Virus record (IMG/VR): IMGVR_UViG_2974655483_000001
Span: 64,001 to 128,000 of that record
From: a virus
Taxonomy: Duplodnaviria; Caudoviricetes
Length of the DNA: 64,000 nucleotides
Strand: one strand, 5' to 3'
The position numbers and the translations under genes are program-made. Shown piece by piece: positions 22,101-31,579 of this stretch. The notes under the pieces were generated by a model that did not search any database, was not told where the DNA came from, and saw only the letters and a program-made list of their open reading frames with translations. The first letter of the stretch is position 1; each line of letters begins with the position of its first letter.

Positions 22101-23336
22101 CCTACTTACAGCACTGCACAAAGAAAGGTTCGTGTTTATCACAGTAATCACTGTATGCATAGCACTTCCAACAATGTAATTGTTAGTGGTGCAGTCTCTG
22201 AGGTTAGCGACACTTCATTAACTGCGTCACTTTCGGCATCTGATGTTAGTATTTCGGTATCGGATGCTACGGCATTCCATAAAATCATTAACGGTCTTGC
22301 GATTTCCGTCAGTAATGTTGGATTTATTAAGATTGGTACTGAGGTTATTTCTTATAGTGCAATCAGTGGTGATAACAAAACTATTACTGTATACGAAAGA
22401 GGTGTTGATGGTACGACTGCTATATCTCATGCAGACGAATCAGTTGTTGAGTGCTACAACCTGGATGGTATTCCATTACCCCAAATCAATAAAACTCATA
22501 CAGGAATCTTGAATCCTACTCTTGATTACTATGAATTGAGCACCTCTTCTATTGCAAGATTGGGTATTGTTGGTGGTGGTGCTAACATTACTGCTACACA
22601 AAATGTTCAGTATAATGTTCTCGTTCCTCAGATTGAGAGAATGCTCCTACCTAAGACCGATATTACTGCTCGAATTAATACGATCAGTGGTACATCAATC
22701 AATGATGGAACGTCATTAGCGCAAGCATCATTCGCTAACGATGGAGTATTCAGTGATGTTATCTTAGGAACAGATAACTATCTTGCAAAACCTGCATTGA
22801 TTTGTTCTACTGTCAACGAATCTGCAGAACTAAGTGGCGCTAAGTCATTCAGACTAGACCTAACGATGATTAGTGATAAAACTAACATCAGTCCTGTAAT
22901 TGATACTGATAGATTATCTGCTACATTGGTATCCAATAGGGTTAATAATCCTGCCGATGTCAACAGTGCAAACCTTGCCGTTGGCGATAAGCATGAAGCA
23001 GTTTACATTACAAGAACTGCTGATTTGAAGAATCCTTCGGGTTCTATCAAGTTATATTTTACAGGATACCGTCCTCCCAACACAACAATTAAGGTCCTAT
23101 ATAGAGTACGACCGATTGGTTCTACAACACCCATTGAAGAATTGGGATTCAACTTCTTCCCAACAGCAAATTCTGAAGTACCACCTACATCAGAGACTCA
23201 AATTTTCAGTGAATATGAGTACGAGGTAAGTGGTCTGAACTTTGATCAGTATCAAATTAAGGTTCTGTTTGTATCTCCAAACCAATCCTTAGTTCCTATT
23301 ATCAAAGATTTGAGAGCGATTGCTCTTGCTGTATAA
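16128..23336 (+). CDS. Large VrlC-like (DUF4815-type) virion structural protein
   Basis: MAQNTNLNVTPYYDDFD...FYRVLFRPGFPIQARELT start, DPLAQSF motif, KDLRAIALA end; follows gp8 as in cyanomyoviruses. Confidence 0.8.
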   Translation: MAQNTNLNVTPYYDDFDKDKNFYRVLFRPGFPIQARELTTMQSILQNQVENVGSHLFKDGAMVIPGQVGYDLTVDAIMLQESFLGADVESYRSQLDGLIIEGLTTGVKAKVLYSISSTESDKGYITLYLKYIESGGTNNSTELFASNEQLVTDTEITFGTTLIEVGSPFAQLLPTDALQQGSVSYVQQGVYFIRGFFVDVDYQYILLDQYGSNPSYRIGLNIQESIVTPEDDLSLNDNAAGTSNYAAPGSHRFRIKTTLIKKLLTDDADKNFIELLRINNSKVEKLVDRSALNELEKGLALRTYEESGNYVVKDFEISVRESLDDGFNNGVYPAGATTSNGTATSDAKYAVEFGAGIAYIKGYRVKRLSPSYVDLDKPRETLDAQNVIVPFEMGNFSNVTNIFGFPNTSGSTITNAYHTLELRDTASSSAGSAAGDLIGYARVTSIEHLNDPDNTFGNADDQYKLNVMDVQMFTVLELASAKSIAQGSLVIGGTSGARAYIVSATTSSDRVDVYQVEGTFLQNEMLLVDGAFLDTINHIHSYQYSDTRQFVARDESTSAIEFTADLVLEDVQLVEGSTFTYNATGGSETITGLQSNFALDLRPGDRIYFNSTEFVTVDLVTPGDLATGSSASIFDYINQVVNVTPPGSNFPSAGTYNTLLRYRSKLFDVANADLLSDMPKKYIKSISDESMIVRRTFDAQTVSSDSISITLPENEQFESITDEAYTVTVLAGTNGTHPVGDQITLDTVTTSALGYTSFTSADRTTLQIENLTNITSVKVTATVSKNVTVRKTKSGNEMFVLKVTNTTANLDKQNYNLTYSNLYGTRIEDKELSLGLTDSYRLHAVYESNDDDDPVLPSVILVEPVFFANGTIVTGRTSKSRAKVVDFASGSLKLSLVYITGSFISGETLDGFDSTGAAISAIINDSEGSIVAGSKVVTDNYFLEVAQTGFIYNISRVVRKKGTIAPIRKLKLVLDYYSHSSTGDYFGGQSYLNTAYTDIPFFGFKFLADYLDFRPGVKNLYSGTGTVASPAYVNCSTFDFKSRVFNISGTPNATVFDIPKLNSNFRCDFDWYLPRKDKAFVTPDGEFQIIKGKSSDIPEEPDDLKDGMLLATISHKPYGFDPENDTVIVRSDNRRYTMRDIGAIERRLDQVEYYTSLNLLESDTFNSQILDSSGKNRLKNGFIVDDFSDHGKSDTSHEDFSAALDFEYGECRPAHYTTNVPLIINESLSTNYQQTGPLITLPYTEFKIIEQPYASRVENINPFNVFTYIGRITLTPGSDDWLDTSRVPARVTQIEGDFQQVSSEMNVDQNGFAPIQWRAWQTNWIGERVLGSSTVRNTGWLAEDRGRSPLPGVWGGRGMRRINRTTTIEAVSGQTREGVRSRVIPRIDRQSLGDSILSSTSIPWIRSRNIDVDVARLKPRTRFYSFFDGRSTVDYQVPKMIEIIKDPSIDTRTNSTPFVIGETVTGLTSGCKFKVAAPNDFYRFNPYDDSALPDSYASTTAFLNIDTIELSKQATGDYYGNFQVQEVLVGTSGATAVVRDRRLISDRFGKLRTSFFIPSPSLDTNPRWATGTRTLRLSTSDVDSRLAGAVASAAETNYEASGTLNTIQENVLAVRNADVVRDTVTQNRTIRSTRTELRQIGWYDPLAQSFIVDETDGVFLTSIDVYFFKKDASIPVSMQIRTMENGYPTTTILPFSDVTLEPDSVQLSESAAVATKFTFDAPVFIPQSVEHCFVLLSDSNSYQIWISRMGEQDISGDRTISEQPYAGVLFKSQNASTWTADQYEDLKFIVNRAEFTNTLNSRVVVNNTALARGNGGELNLRRDAIQTFTPELVLTLNSTTLPYTVGSRIYQKTTLAEGTISAVQTTVAGVLLTIKDISGSWAAGSNTGGVITNRIVSSKTLATMVVSTPTGDFTPGETITGNSADAPTAEVVTWNSGTNTLTLRYVSTDFTASTETITGGTSAITATVSTVSYSGDAIESSAVSDSFVSATPTYSTAQRKVRVYHSNHCMHSTSNNVIVSGAVSEVSDTSLTASLSASDVSISVSDATAFHKIINGLAISVSNVGFIKIGTEVISYSAISGDNKTITVYERGVDGTTAISHADESVVECYNLDGIPLPQINKTHTGILNPTLDYYELSTSSIARLGIVGGGANITATQNVQYNVLVPQIERMLLPKTDITARINTISGTSINDGTSLAQASFANDGVFSDVILGTDNYLAKPALICSTVNESAELSGAKSFRLDLTMISDKTNISPVIDTDRLSATLVSNRVNNPADVNSANLAVGDKHEAVYITRTADLKNPSGSIKLYFTGYRPPNTTIKVLYRVRPIGSTTPIEELGFNFFPTANSEVPPTSETQIFSEYEYEVSGLNFDQYQIKVLFVSPNQSLVPIIKDLRAIALAV

Positions 23337-23572
23337 TGTCACACATTCCTGTAAAAAATAAAGATAATTGGTACAGAAACTCGGAAACGGGTTCTGTACT
23401 GTGTTCTGATTCTGATACATATCAGAAATATATGACTGCGTATAAAGCAGATAAACAGAAAGAGGAGGACTTTACCACTTTACAAAATGAAGTTTCTGAG
23501 TTAAAATCGGATCTAGGTGATATCAAATCACTTTTACTAACGTTAGTCCAAAGTAAAGAGAACAAATTATGA
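23336..23572 (+). CDS. Small conserved hypothetical protein with C-terminal coiled coil
   Basis: 78-aa ORF translationally coupled to the upstream gene (TAATG). Confidence 0.7.
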   Translation: MSHIPVKNKDNWYRNSETGSVLCSDSDTYQKYMTAYKADKQKEEDFTTLQNEVSELKSDLGDIKSLLLTLVQSKENKL

Positions 23573-23787
23573 CGATTGAACAAGTTCCTCAAACTGACAT
23601 GATTGCTCAATTCAAAGAGCGTCTTCAGCAGATCATTACTGAGAACCAGCAACTTGCTGCAAAAATTAAAGAAAATGAAACAACGGGACTGAAACTTCAG
23701 GGTGCTATTGAAGCACTTGAATATTATAATCCTCAGGAGGAAGAGACCGCTTCCCAACCTCCAGAAGAAGAAGAAACTGAAGAGTGA
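23569..23787 (+). CDS. Small coiled-coil hypothetical protein with acidic tail
   Basis: 72-aa ORF, ATGA overlap, followed by a terminator. Confidence 0.7.
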   Translation: MTIEQVPQTDMIAQFKERLQQIITENQQLAAKIKENETTGLKLQGAIEALEYYNPQEEETASQPPEEEETEE

Positions 23788-23794
23788 TAGGATT

Positions 23795-23817
23795 AGGGGC
23801 AGAAATGCCCCTTTTCT
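23795..23817 (+). terminator. Rho-independent terminator
   Basis: AGGGGCA-GAAA-TGCCCCT hairpin followed by a T-rich tail. Confidence 0.8.
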
Positions 23818-23824
23818 ATTACGC

Positions 23825-23831
23825 ATAAATA
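23825..23831 (+). promoter_or_regulatory. T4-type late promoter
   Basis: cATAAATA just after the terminator, upstream of the fibre gene. Confidence 0.7.
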
Positions 23832-23868
23832 ACTTGGAAGCATAATCACTATCGAGTTGTCGTAAAAA

Positions 23869-26800
23869 ATGGCAAATAGAATACAGTTAAGACGCGGTGG
23901 TGCTCAGGAATGGGCAAACGCGAATCCAACTCTTGCACAGGGTGAACTTGGAATTGAACTTGATACTGGTCGGTTCAAAATCGGTGATGGTGCAACGGCA
24001 TGGAACACGCTGAGATATGAGCGTCCTGTAGAGTCCAACACTAATACTCCAAACAGTCTTGTACAGAGAGACGCAGATGGAAGTTTTTCTGCAGGTACTA
24101 TTACATCAACTCTTATTGGTAATGCTTCAACATCAACTAGACTTGAACAGACTAGACAGATTCAGTTATCTAATGATGTAACAGCGACTGGTAACTTTGA
24201 TGGTTCCCAAAACTTAAATTTAAGTACTGCTTTATCACTGATCAATACTCTTCCCCATTACTTGGAAGGTGGTGTAAGTAGTACTACTAGAACTTTTACT
24301 GAGGTTACTGTTGACCAGAAGGGTAGAGTTGTAAATGCTAGAACTCCTTCTCAACTAAATCTTACTGATTATGGTCTTGATGGTTCTGCAACTAGTGACA
24401 CAACTTTAGCACAACCTTGGAATGCAAACTTAGAAGCAATTTCAGACGAAACTGGTACTGGTTTATATTCAAAAACTGCAGCGGGTGTTGTTGAGACCAG
24501 ACTTATTACTGGTGCTGCTGGTCAAATTGTTATCACTGACGGTGGTGGTATTAGTGGCAATCCTCTTGTCTCATTGTCGATTCAAGCAAACGTTGTTCCT
24601 GGAGACTATAATACAGAATCTCTCACTTCAGTATCTCAAGCTGGTAGTGGTGGAGAACCTTTTGGTACAGAGACTGTTAATGCTTCTAAGTTCTCTGTTG
24701 ACGATAAAGGACGTTTAACAACCGTAACGAATGTACCTATTGCTACTGCTACCGAGGGTAGTAAGTATGCGGCATATGCAGCAGGTACAACATATGTTAG
24801 ATATGATATCATTGAAGATAGTAGTAGAGTATATCAAGCAATTACAGGAATTGCTGCAGGTGGTGGCGCTCCAACTCATACTGATGGTTCAGATGCTGGT
24901 GGGTGGAGATATCTTGCTGCTGCAGCAGTAGAGCAGAAAGGACTTGCTTCTTTCGCACAAGAAGATTTTGATGTTGATGCCAACGGACATGTAACTATTG
25001 CTGCTGTTGGTGTAGATAATACACAACTCCAAAACAATCGTATTGGTTTCGCTGACGGTAATACCGTAGAAAATTTTGAACTGGATCAAGAACTTACTGC
25101 AACCACTGGATACCGAGGATTCAATTATCTTAACTATCTTAAAGTTAATGATACGAGCGGTAATCTACTCGTTGGCGCTAATAATACGGGGGACAGCGGA
25201 GCTGGCGAACTTGATGTTAATGTACGGTCGTACTTCTCTGACCCTGATATTACTCTTGATGGCGATGTTAATCAGACACTGGATAAAACTGGGGATGGTG
25301 AGCTTACCTTCCAGTTAACTCAGAATACTGCTACGAATAGAAACTTTAATATTCTGACAACTAATGCTGGGTCTGGATCCAGCAACATTATTATTACCGC
25401 TGAAGATACTGTACAGATTAGTGCATCGGAAGCAACTGGTAAGGTCCATGTAGAGGATGCAAAATTCCAAGATAATTACATCGCCACAACCAATGCGACG
25501 ATGAACCTCGACCCTGGTGATGACCGTGCAGTCACTGGTTTAGTTCGTGTCTGGGGTAACCTTCAGATTGATGGCACAACAACTACAATTAATTCCACAC
25601 AATTGACTGTAGATGATGTCACCATTCTACTTGGTGGTGATACTGTTCCTACAACTGATGATAATCTGGATCGTGGTATTGAATTCAACTATTATGACAC
25701 TGAAGCACGCTTAGGTTTCTACGGTTGGGATACCAATTATTCCGATTTAGGTGGTCATGCAGGCGGATATCGTTTCCTTCATGCTGCTACAAATACCAAC
25801 GAAGTCTTTACGGGTACTGATTCTGGTATTATTGCAGGTAATGTAAAACTGACAACTGGTACTAACTCAACCTCTAATACAACTGGTGACCTTGTAGTTG
25901 CTGGTGGTGTTGGTATTACTCAGGATGTAAATATCGGCGGTCTTCTAGATGTTGATAGTACATTGCGTGTTACTAGCACCTCTCGTTTCGACGATAATGT
26001 AGTTCTGCAGGGTGCTTCTAAGACTTTACAACTGAATAATGGTAGTGGTACAACCAAGATTGAATTCCAATCTACAACTGGTAACGGTTCTCTTGCTGGT
26101 ATTCTGGATGTAACTGGAAACTTCAATATTAATACTGATAAGTTTAATGTTGTTGCTACTTCTGGCAATACCTCCATTGCTGGCACATTGGGTGTTACAA
26201 ACATTGCAACATTCTCTAACGACATTGATGCTAACGCCAACATGACATTGGCTGGTGACCTCCACATGGAGAGCACTAATGACATTACGGTTGCTAAGAA
26301 TGTTGGCACTGGTGTTTGGGAGATTCAATCTAACGACTATGGTGCTCTCCGTCTTGATGGGGGCGCATATGTTGCTGGTGATGCACTGATTGATGGCACC
26401 CTACACGTTAACGGTGCTATTGAAGTTCAAGATAGTGCAACAGAGACTGAATCTAGACTGAACTGGTTGAGAGTTAGGTATAGAGGTCGTTTCGGTGACA
26501 CTTATCAGGCAACTCCTTCCTATGCATCTCACAATACTACAACTATCAGAGCACATGGTGGTGCTGGTATTGAAAGAACTCTACATGTTGGTGGCACAGG
26601 ATCTGGTGAAGGTCTGTTTGTTGGTAAGAGATACTCTGGTGATACTGTTAAGTTCTCTGTTCTTGGTGCATCTGGTAACACTGACATTCAAGGCACATTC
26701 GATGTTGCTGGTAACTCCGAGTTCAATGGCACAGTTGATGTTGATGCAGACTTTGCTGTAAGAAATGGCACAACGGATAAATTCTTTGTTGATAATGTAA

Positions 26801-29592
26801 CTGGCAACACCGATATCCAAGGCACTCTGGATGTCAATGGTGCAACTGAGATTACAAATACTCTGGATGTTAGCAACGCTGTTACATTCGACCAGACACT
26901 GTTAGTCCAAGGCAACTCTGAGTTTAACGGTACTGTTGATGTTGATGCTAACTTCGCTGTAAGAAGTGGTAGCACGGATAAGATGACCGTTGCTTCTTCT
27001 TCAGGTAACATTGCAACTGACGGCACACTGGTTGTCCAAGGTCAAACAACCATTAACGATTCACTGATTGTTGATGCTGCTAATGAAGTCTTCTCTGTCA
27101 GAAACGGATCTGCTGTTGAGAAGTTTGGTGTTGATGCTGATAACGGTAATACAAATATCATCGGCACACTGACCGTTGGTGATGCAACTCAGATTAATGA
27201 CACCTTCGGTGCATCTGGTATTGTCACACTTACCAATAACACTGAGCAAACTCTGACAGGTAGTTATGGTGCTGATGGTGCTCTAAGACTTACTGGTGGT
27301 GCTGCTGTCCAAAGAAACCTCGCTGTTGGTGGTGCTGCAAGAGTCTACGGCAACACTGAACTGACTGGTACTCTCGACCTTAACAATAGTGCAGACATCT
27401 CTGGTGCTTTAGTAACACATGATAATGTTACGATTACTGCAGACAATAAGACATTTGCAATTCAGAATGCATCTGCTGCTAATAAATTTACGGTAGATAC
27501 TGATAATGGAAACACTGATCTTCGTGGCACCTTAGACATCGGTGGTGATGTAACTGCTGAGTCCAATCTTACTGTTACTGGAAATCTTACTATCAATGGA
27601 ACGACAACTACTGTCAACTCTACGGTCACAACTATCGATGACCCTATTATTACTGTGGGTGGTGACACAGCACCAGCGTCTAACGACGGTAAGGATCGTG
27701 GTGTTGAGTTCCGTTATTACGACAGCTCTGCGAAAATTGGTTTCTTCGGATACGATAGATCCGCCAACCAATTCGCATTCGTAGTAGACGCAACTAATTC
27801 ATCAGAAGTTCTTTCTGGTACTGACGGTAACCTTCGTGCTGGTAGTCTCAATCTTACTGGTGCTGGCACTGCACTCGATGTTGATGCAAATGCAAATATT
27901 GATGGCACTCTGACTGTAGATGGTCAAATCATCTCTCAGGTTTCTTCTGGTGCTGCTCTAGTCATTCCTAACACAACCAAGATTAACAACCTCAATGCTG
28001 ACCTTCTGGACAGCATGACAACTGCTTCTGCAGCAACTGCAACTACTGTTGTTGCTCGTGACTCTAGTGGAGACTTTGCTGCAAATATCATTACGGTTGC
28101 TTCTGGTGTAGGTGCCGCTGCTGGTATTCAAGGTAATGCTCTTACTGCAGATACACTTAAAACGGCAAGAAACATCACAGTTGCTGGTGTTGTTTCTGGA
28201 GATGCTGAGTTTAATGGTTCTGGTGATATTACAATCACTACAACATATGTTGATGCAGACATCACTGCACTTGCTGCAATGGCAGGAACTGGTTTTGTTT
28301 CCAGAACTGCTGCCAATACATATGCTCAACGCACACTCGCTGTCACAGCATCTTCTGGTATTACACTGACAAATGCTGATGGTGTTTCTGGCAATCCAAC
28401 CATTAATGTCGCTTCTACAGCAAGTAACTCAGCAAACAACCTCGTCCTTCGTGATGCATCTGGTGACTTTGCTGCTGGGACTATTACTGCAGCATTAGTT
28501 GGTAATGTTACTGGTCAAACATCTGATATTAGTAATCACGATACTGGAGACCTTTCTGAGGGATCCAATCTATACTTTACTAATGAGCGTGTTGATGACA
28601 GAATTGACGCACTGTTTGTTGCTAGCACAGGCATTACTAAGGTATATGATGACACTGCAGGCACCTATACGCTCTCTGTAACGCAGGCAGACGTTAATAC
28701 TGACAATGTAACCGAAGGTTCCACAAACCTCTTTACAACCGCTGCTAGGACCCGCACACACTTCACATACGGCACAGGCGTAGAACTTAGTGGTGCAGGT
28801 GCTCTGAGTGTCACTCAGGCAGACATTGATACTGATAATGTAACTGAAGGTTCTACTAATATCTTCTACACTGAGGCACGCTTTAATACAAGTCTTGCAA
28901 CTAAAGATACTGATAATGTGAGTGAAGGTTCTTCCAATCTATACTTCACTAATACTCGTGCAGATACCCGTGCTGATTTGAGAGTTGCAGCAGCAACTGG
29001 TGCAAACCTAGATCTTTCTAGTAAGTCTACCACCAATCTTTCTGAGGGTACAAATCAGTACTACACTGAAGCAAGAGTTCAAGATAAACTCGATAATGCG
29101 TTTGCTCAACTTAGTGCAATGCTCAATAATCTTGCAACCGCCACTACTTTGGTATTAAATCTATCTGGTGATCCTACACCTGGTGACGTAACTGCTTTTA
29201 ATAATGGCACATTATCTGGTGGTACATTGTATAACACTGGAACTGCAGTTGCTACCACCTCTAGCGGTAGTGGCACTGGATTAACAGTAGATATCACCGC
29301 ATCTGGTGGTGCTATCACTGCAGTTGCTATCAACGCAGCAGGTTCTGGTTATGTAGTTGGTGAGACAATTACAATCTCTACTGGTGGTGGAGATGCCACA
29401 ATAAATGTCTCTGCTGTTACTGAAATGGCAATTGGTGATACTGTCACAGGCAGTACATCAGGCACCACAGGTGTTATCACTGCTGTTGGTGCAACTTCAG
29501 TTACTGTTGACACTGTTAATGGATTCTTTAAGAAGACTGAGACAGTATCTGCTGGAGATGTTTCTACATTAACAATCACTTCATTCGCCTGA
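23869..29592 (+). CDS. Long tail-fibre-like protein
   Basis: N-terminal IQLRRG...NPTLAQGELGIELDTGRFKIGDG fibre-anchor motif; G/T/D/V-rich beta repeats; duplicated DRG(I/V)EF.YYD domain. Confidence 0.8.
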   Translation: MANRIQLRRGGAQEWANANPTLAQGELGIELDTGRFKIGDGATAWNTLRYERPVESNTNTPNSLVQRDADGSFSAGTITSTLIGNASTSTRLEQTRQIQLSNDVTATGNFDGSQNLNLSTALSLINTLPHYLEGGVSSTTRTFTEVTVDQKGRVVNARTPSQLNLTDYGLDGSATSDTTLAQPWNANLEAISDETGTGLYSKTAAGVVETRLITGAAGQIVITDGGGISGNPLVSLSIQANVVPGDYNTESLTSVSQAGSGGEPFGTETVNASKFSVDDKGRLTTVTNVPIATATEGSKYAAYAAGTTYVRYDIIEDSSRVYQAITGIAAGGGAPTHTDGSDAGGWRYLAAAAVEQKGLASFAQEDFDVDANGHVTIAAVGVDNTQLQNNRIGFADGNTVENFELDQELTATTGYRGFNYLNYLKVNDTSGNLLVGANNTGDSGAGELDVNVRSYFSDPDITLDGDVNQTLDKTGDGELTFQLTQNTATNRNFNILTTNAGSGSSNIIITAEDTVQISASEATGKVHVEDAKFQDNYIATTNATMNLDPGDDRAVTGLVRVWGNLQIDGTTTTINSTQLTVDDVTILLGGDTVPTTDDNLDRGIEFNYYDTEARLGFYGWDTNYSDLGGHAGGYRFLHAATNTNEVFTGTDSGIIAGNVKLTTGTNSTSNTTGDLVVAGGVGITQDVNIGGLLDVDSTLRVTSTSRFDDNVVLQGASKTLQLNNGSGTTKIEFQSTTGNGSLAGILDVTGNFNINTDKFNVVATSGNTSIAGTLGVTNIATFSNDIDANANMTLAGDLHMESTNDITVAKNVGTGVWEIQSNDYGALRLDGGAYVAGDALIDGTLHVNGAIEVQDSATETESRLNWLRVRYRGRFGDTYQATPSYASHNTTTIRAHGGAGIERTLHVGGTGSGEGLFVGKRYSGDTVKFSVLGASGNTDIQGTFDVAGNSEFNGTVDVDADFAVRNGTTDKFFVDNVTGNTDIQGTLDVNGATEITNTLDVSNAVTFDQTLLVQGNSEFNGTVDVDANFAVRSGSTDKMTVASSSGNIATDGTLVVQGQTTINDSLIVDAANEVFSVRNGSAVEKFGVDADNGNTNIIGTLTVGDATQINDTFGASGIVTLTNNTEQTLTGSYGADGALRLTGGAAVQRNLAVGGAARVYGNTELTGTLDLNNSADISGALVTHDNVTITADNKTFAIQNASAANKFTVDTDNGNTDLRGTLDIGGDVTAESNLTVTGNLTINGTTTTVNSTVTTIDDPIITVGGDTAPASNDGKDRGVEFRYYDSSAKIGFFGYDRSANQFAFVVDATNSSEVLSGTDGNLRAGSLNLTGAGTALDVDANANIDGTLTVDGQIISQVSSGAALVIPNTTKINNLNADLLDSMTTASAATATTVVARDSSGDFAANIITVASGVGAAAGIQGNALTADTLKTARNITVAGVVSGDAEFNGSGDITITTTYVDADITALAAMAGTGFVSRTAANTYAQRTLAVTASSGITLTNADGVSGNPTINVASTASNSANNLVLRDASGDFAAGTITAALVGNVTGQTSDISNHDTGDLSEGSNLYFTNERVDDRIDALFVASTGITKVYDDTAGTYTLSVTQADVNTDNVTEGSTNLFTTAARTRTHFTYGTGVELSGAGALSVTQADIDTDNVTEGSTNIFYTEARFNTSLATKDTDNVSEGSSNLYFTNTRADTRADLRVAAATGANLDLSSKSTTNLSEGTNQYYTEARVQDKLDNAFAQLSAMLNNLATATTLVLNLSGDPTPGDVTAFNNGTLSGGTLYNTGTAVATTSSGSGTGLTVDITASGGAITAVAINAAGSGYVVGETITISTGGGDATINVSAVTEMAIGDTVTGSTSGTTGVITAVGATSVTVDTVNGFFKKTETVSAGDVSTLTITSFA
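28540..29070 (+). repeat. Five intragenic xTD(N/D)(V/L)xEGSxNL(Y/F)(F/Y)T peptide repeats in the fibre
   Basis: DTGDLSEGSNLYFT, NTDNVTEGSTNLFTT, DTDNVTEGSTNIFYT, DTDNVSEGSSNLYFT, STTNLSEGTNQYYT. Confidence 0.8.
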
Positions 29593-29598
29593 TAACAA

Positions 29599-30405
29599 AT
29601 GTCCGCTACAAGACCCGCTTCTAAAACAGAGTTAAAAAACTACGCTCTTCGTAGATTAGGTTTTCCTGCTATTGATATCAATGTATGTGATGAGCAGTTG
29701 GATGACCTAATCGAAGAAGCAGTAGATTACTTTCAAGAGTTTGCATATAACGGTAGTTATAAAGCATTCATCAAGATTGAAGTAACTGATGCTATCAAAA
29801 CTGCTGCCAAAACTGGCAGTGCTTTAGGTGCTACCGATTGGACAGAGGGGAATGAATATGTATCACTTCCTCCTGGAGTCTTGGCGGTCAATCATGTTTA
29901 TAGTCAGATCGGTGCTTCTAGTGTAACTCCTGGTAATATTTTTAATATTAAATATCAAATTTTCTTGAATGATATCTATGCAATGACGCATGGACATATT
30001 CTTCATTACTTTATGACTTCTCAATATCTTGAGACTCTTGATTGGGTTACAAACTCAGATAGAAATCGTAGAGTCCGATTTAATGAATATCAAGGAAAAC
30101 TTTATCTTGACTTTGATTGGGCAAATTTGCAGACTGGTAATCAAATTGTAGTAGAAGTTTTGATGCGTCAAGACCCTGATACTTACACCGCAATGTATAA
30201 TGATGCTTGGTTGAAGGATTATGTTGAGGCATTATTCCAACAGCAATGGGGTCGCAATCTCAGTAAGTATGATGGCATTCAAATGCTTGGTGGTGTAACT
30301 TTGAATGGTCGTCAAATTCTTGAGGATGGAAGCAAATTTAAAACAGACCTTGAAGCAGATATTCGCAAGACTTATGAACTCCCCCCAATGGATTTAATCG
30401 GTTGA
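29599..30405 (+). CDS. gp13: Neck protein gp13
   Basis: ELKNYALRRLGFPAIDINV, WLKDY...QQWGRNLSKY, GGVTLNG motifs. Confidence 0.92.
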   Translation: MSATRPASKTELKNYALRRLGFPAIDINVCDEQLDDLIEEAVDYFQEFAYNGSYKAFIKIEVTDAIKTAAKTGSALGATDWTEGNEYVSLPPGVLAVNHVYSQIGASSVTPGNIFNIKYQIFLNDIYAMTHGHILHYFMTSQYLETLDWVTNSDRNRRVRFNEYQGKLYLDFDWANLQTGNQIVVEVLMRQDPDTYTAMYNDAWLKDYVEALFQQQWGRNLSKYDGIQMLGGVTLNGRQILEDGSKFKTDLEADIRKTYELPPMDLIG

Positions 30406-30406
30406 T

Positions 30407-31579
30407 ATGACTTACAGAAACGATCCCCCAGAAAATTGTATTCAGTCAGACTACACTAGTAGTTGCCGACTAAATCTAAATGGTTCTTCCCAGGAACAAA
30501 TGTTTATGGGTAATCTGATCATTGAGAGTATTGAACTCTATGGTCAGGATATCTATTATCTACCCAGAACATATGTCAATAGAGACACAATCTTTCAAGA
30601 AGTAGAAAGTAGTAATTTTACACAGGCACTTGCTATTAGAGCATATGTTAATAATGTGGAAGGATGGGAAGGTCAAGGAGAACTGCTAAGTAAGTTTGGA
30701 GTTCGTATTGAAGATAAGACTACCTTCATCTTTTCTAGAAGTAAATTTACCGAGAAGGTAGATGATAATGCAGTATTGAATGTAGAAGGTCGTCCTAATG
30801 AAGGTGACCTTATTTGGTTCCCAACAACAAAACATTTATTTGAGATTAAGTTTGTAGAAGCAGAAAGACCTTTCTATCAGTTAGGTAAGGGTTATGTTTG
30901 GGAATGTCAGTGCGAACTCTTTGAGTACAGTGACGAACAACTTGATACTGGTGTCGCAGCAATTGATGCTATCGAAACTGCATTTGCGAATTCTATCAAG
31001 TTGGTTATGGATGCTGGCGGTTCGGGAGACTTTACAGTTGGTGAGGAGATCGTTGGAGATCTATATCTTGCTACAGCAACAGCAGCGATTACTGGTGATG
31101 CAGTAAGTTCGTTTACTATCACTGATGGTGGTGAGCATTATAAAACAGCATTGCCACCTACAGTTACTATTACAGGAGGCGGTGGAAGTGGAGCGACAGG
31201 AACAGCGGTGGTTTCGGCTACAGGCATTGTTAGCAGTATCACTGTTTCAAGTGGTGGTACTGGCTACACTAGTGCCCCATCTGTTACAATTGACTACTCT
31301 CCAAAAGACTCTAGAGCAGAAGTCAAGTCCTGGAACAGTGGGACAAGGGAACTCCAAGTCATTAATAGAACAGGAACCTTCAATACTTCAGAAACTGTTA
31401 AAGGATTAACATCAGGTGCTCTTTGGAGTCCTGAATCTTATAACACTCTAAATAATACTAATACCGCTGATAGCATTGACCAGAACTATAGTTTTGAAAC
31501 TGCTGATGACGATATTCTAGATTTCACTGAAGGCAATCCCTTTGGTTCTATTGGGTCCACCACTGATACTACAATCTGA
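30407..31579 (+). CDS. gp14: Neck protein gp14 with Gly/Thr-rich insert
   Basis: YGQDIYYLPR, LSKFG, RPNEGDLIWFP, FYQLGKGYVW, DFTEGNPFG motifs. Confidence 0.9.
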   Translation: MTYRNDPPENCIQSDYTSSCRLNLNGSSQEQMFMGNLIIESIELYGQDIYYLPRTYVNRDTIFQEVESSNFTQALAIRAYVNNVEGWEGQGELLSKFGVRIEDKTTFIFSRSKFTEKVDDNAVLNVEGRPNEGDLIWFPTTKHLFEIKFVEAERPFYQLGKGYVWECQCELFEYSDEQLDTGVAAIDAIETAFANSIKLVMDAGGSGDFTVGEEIVGDLYLATATAAITGDAVSSFTITDGGEHYKTALPPTVTITGGGGSGATGTAVVSATGIVSSITVSSGGTGYTSAPSVTIDYSPKDSRAEVKSWNSGTRELQVINRTGTFNTSETVKGLTSGALWSPESYNTLNNTNTADSIDQNYSFETADDDILDFTEGNPFGSIGSTTDTTI

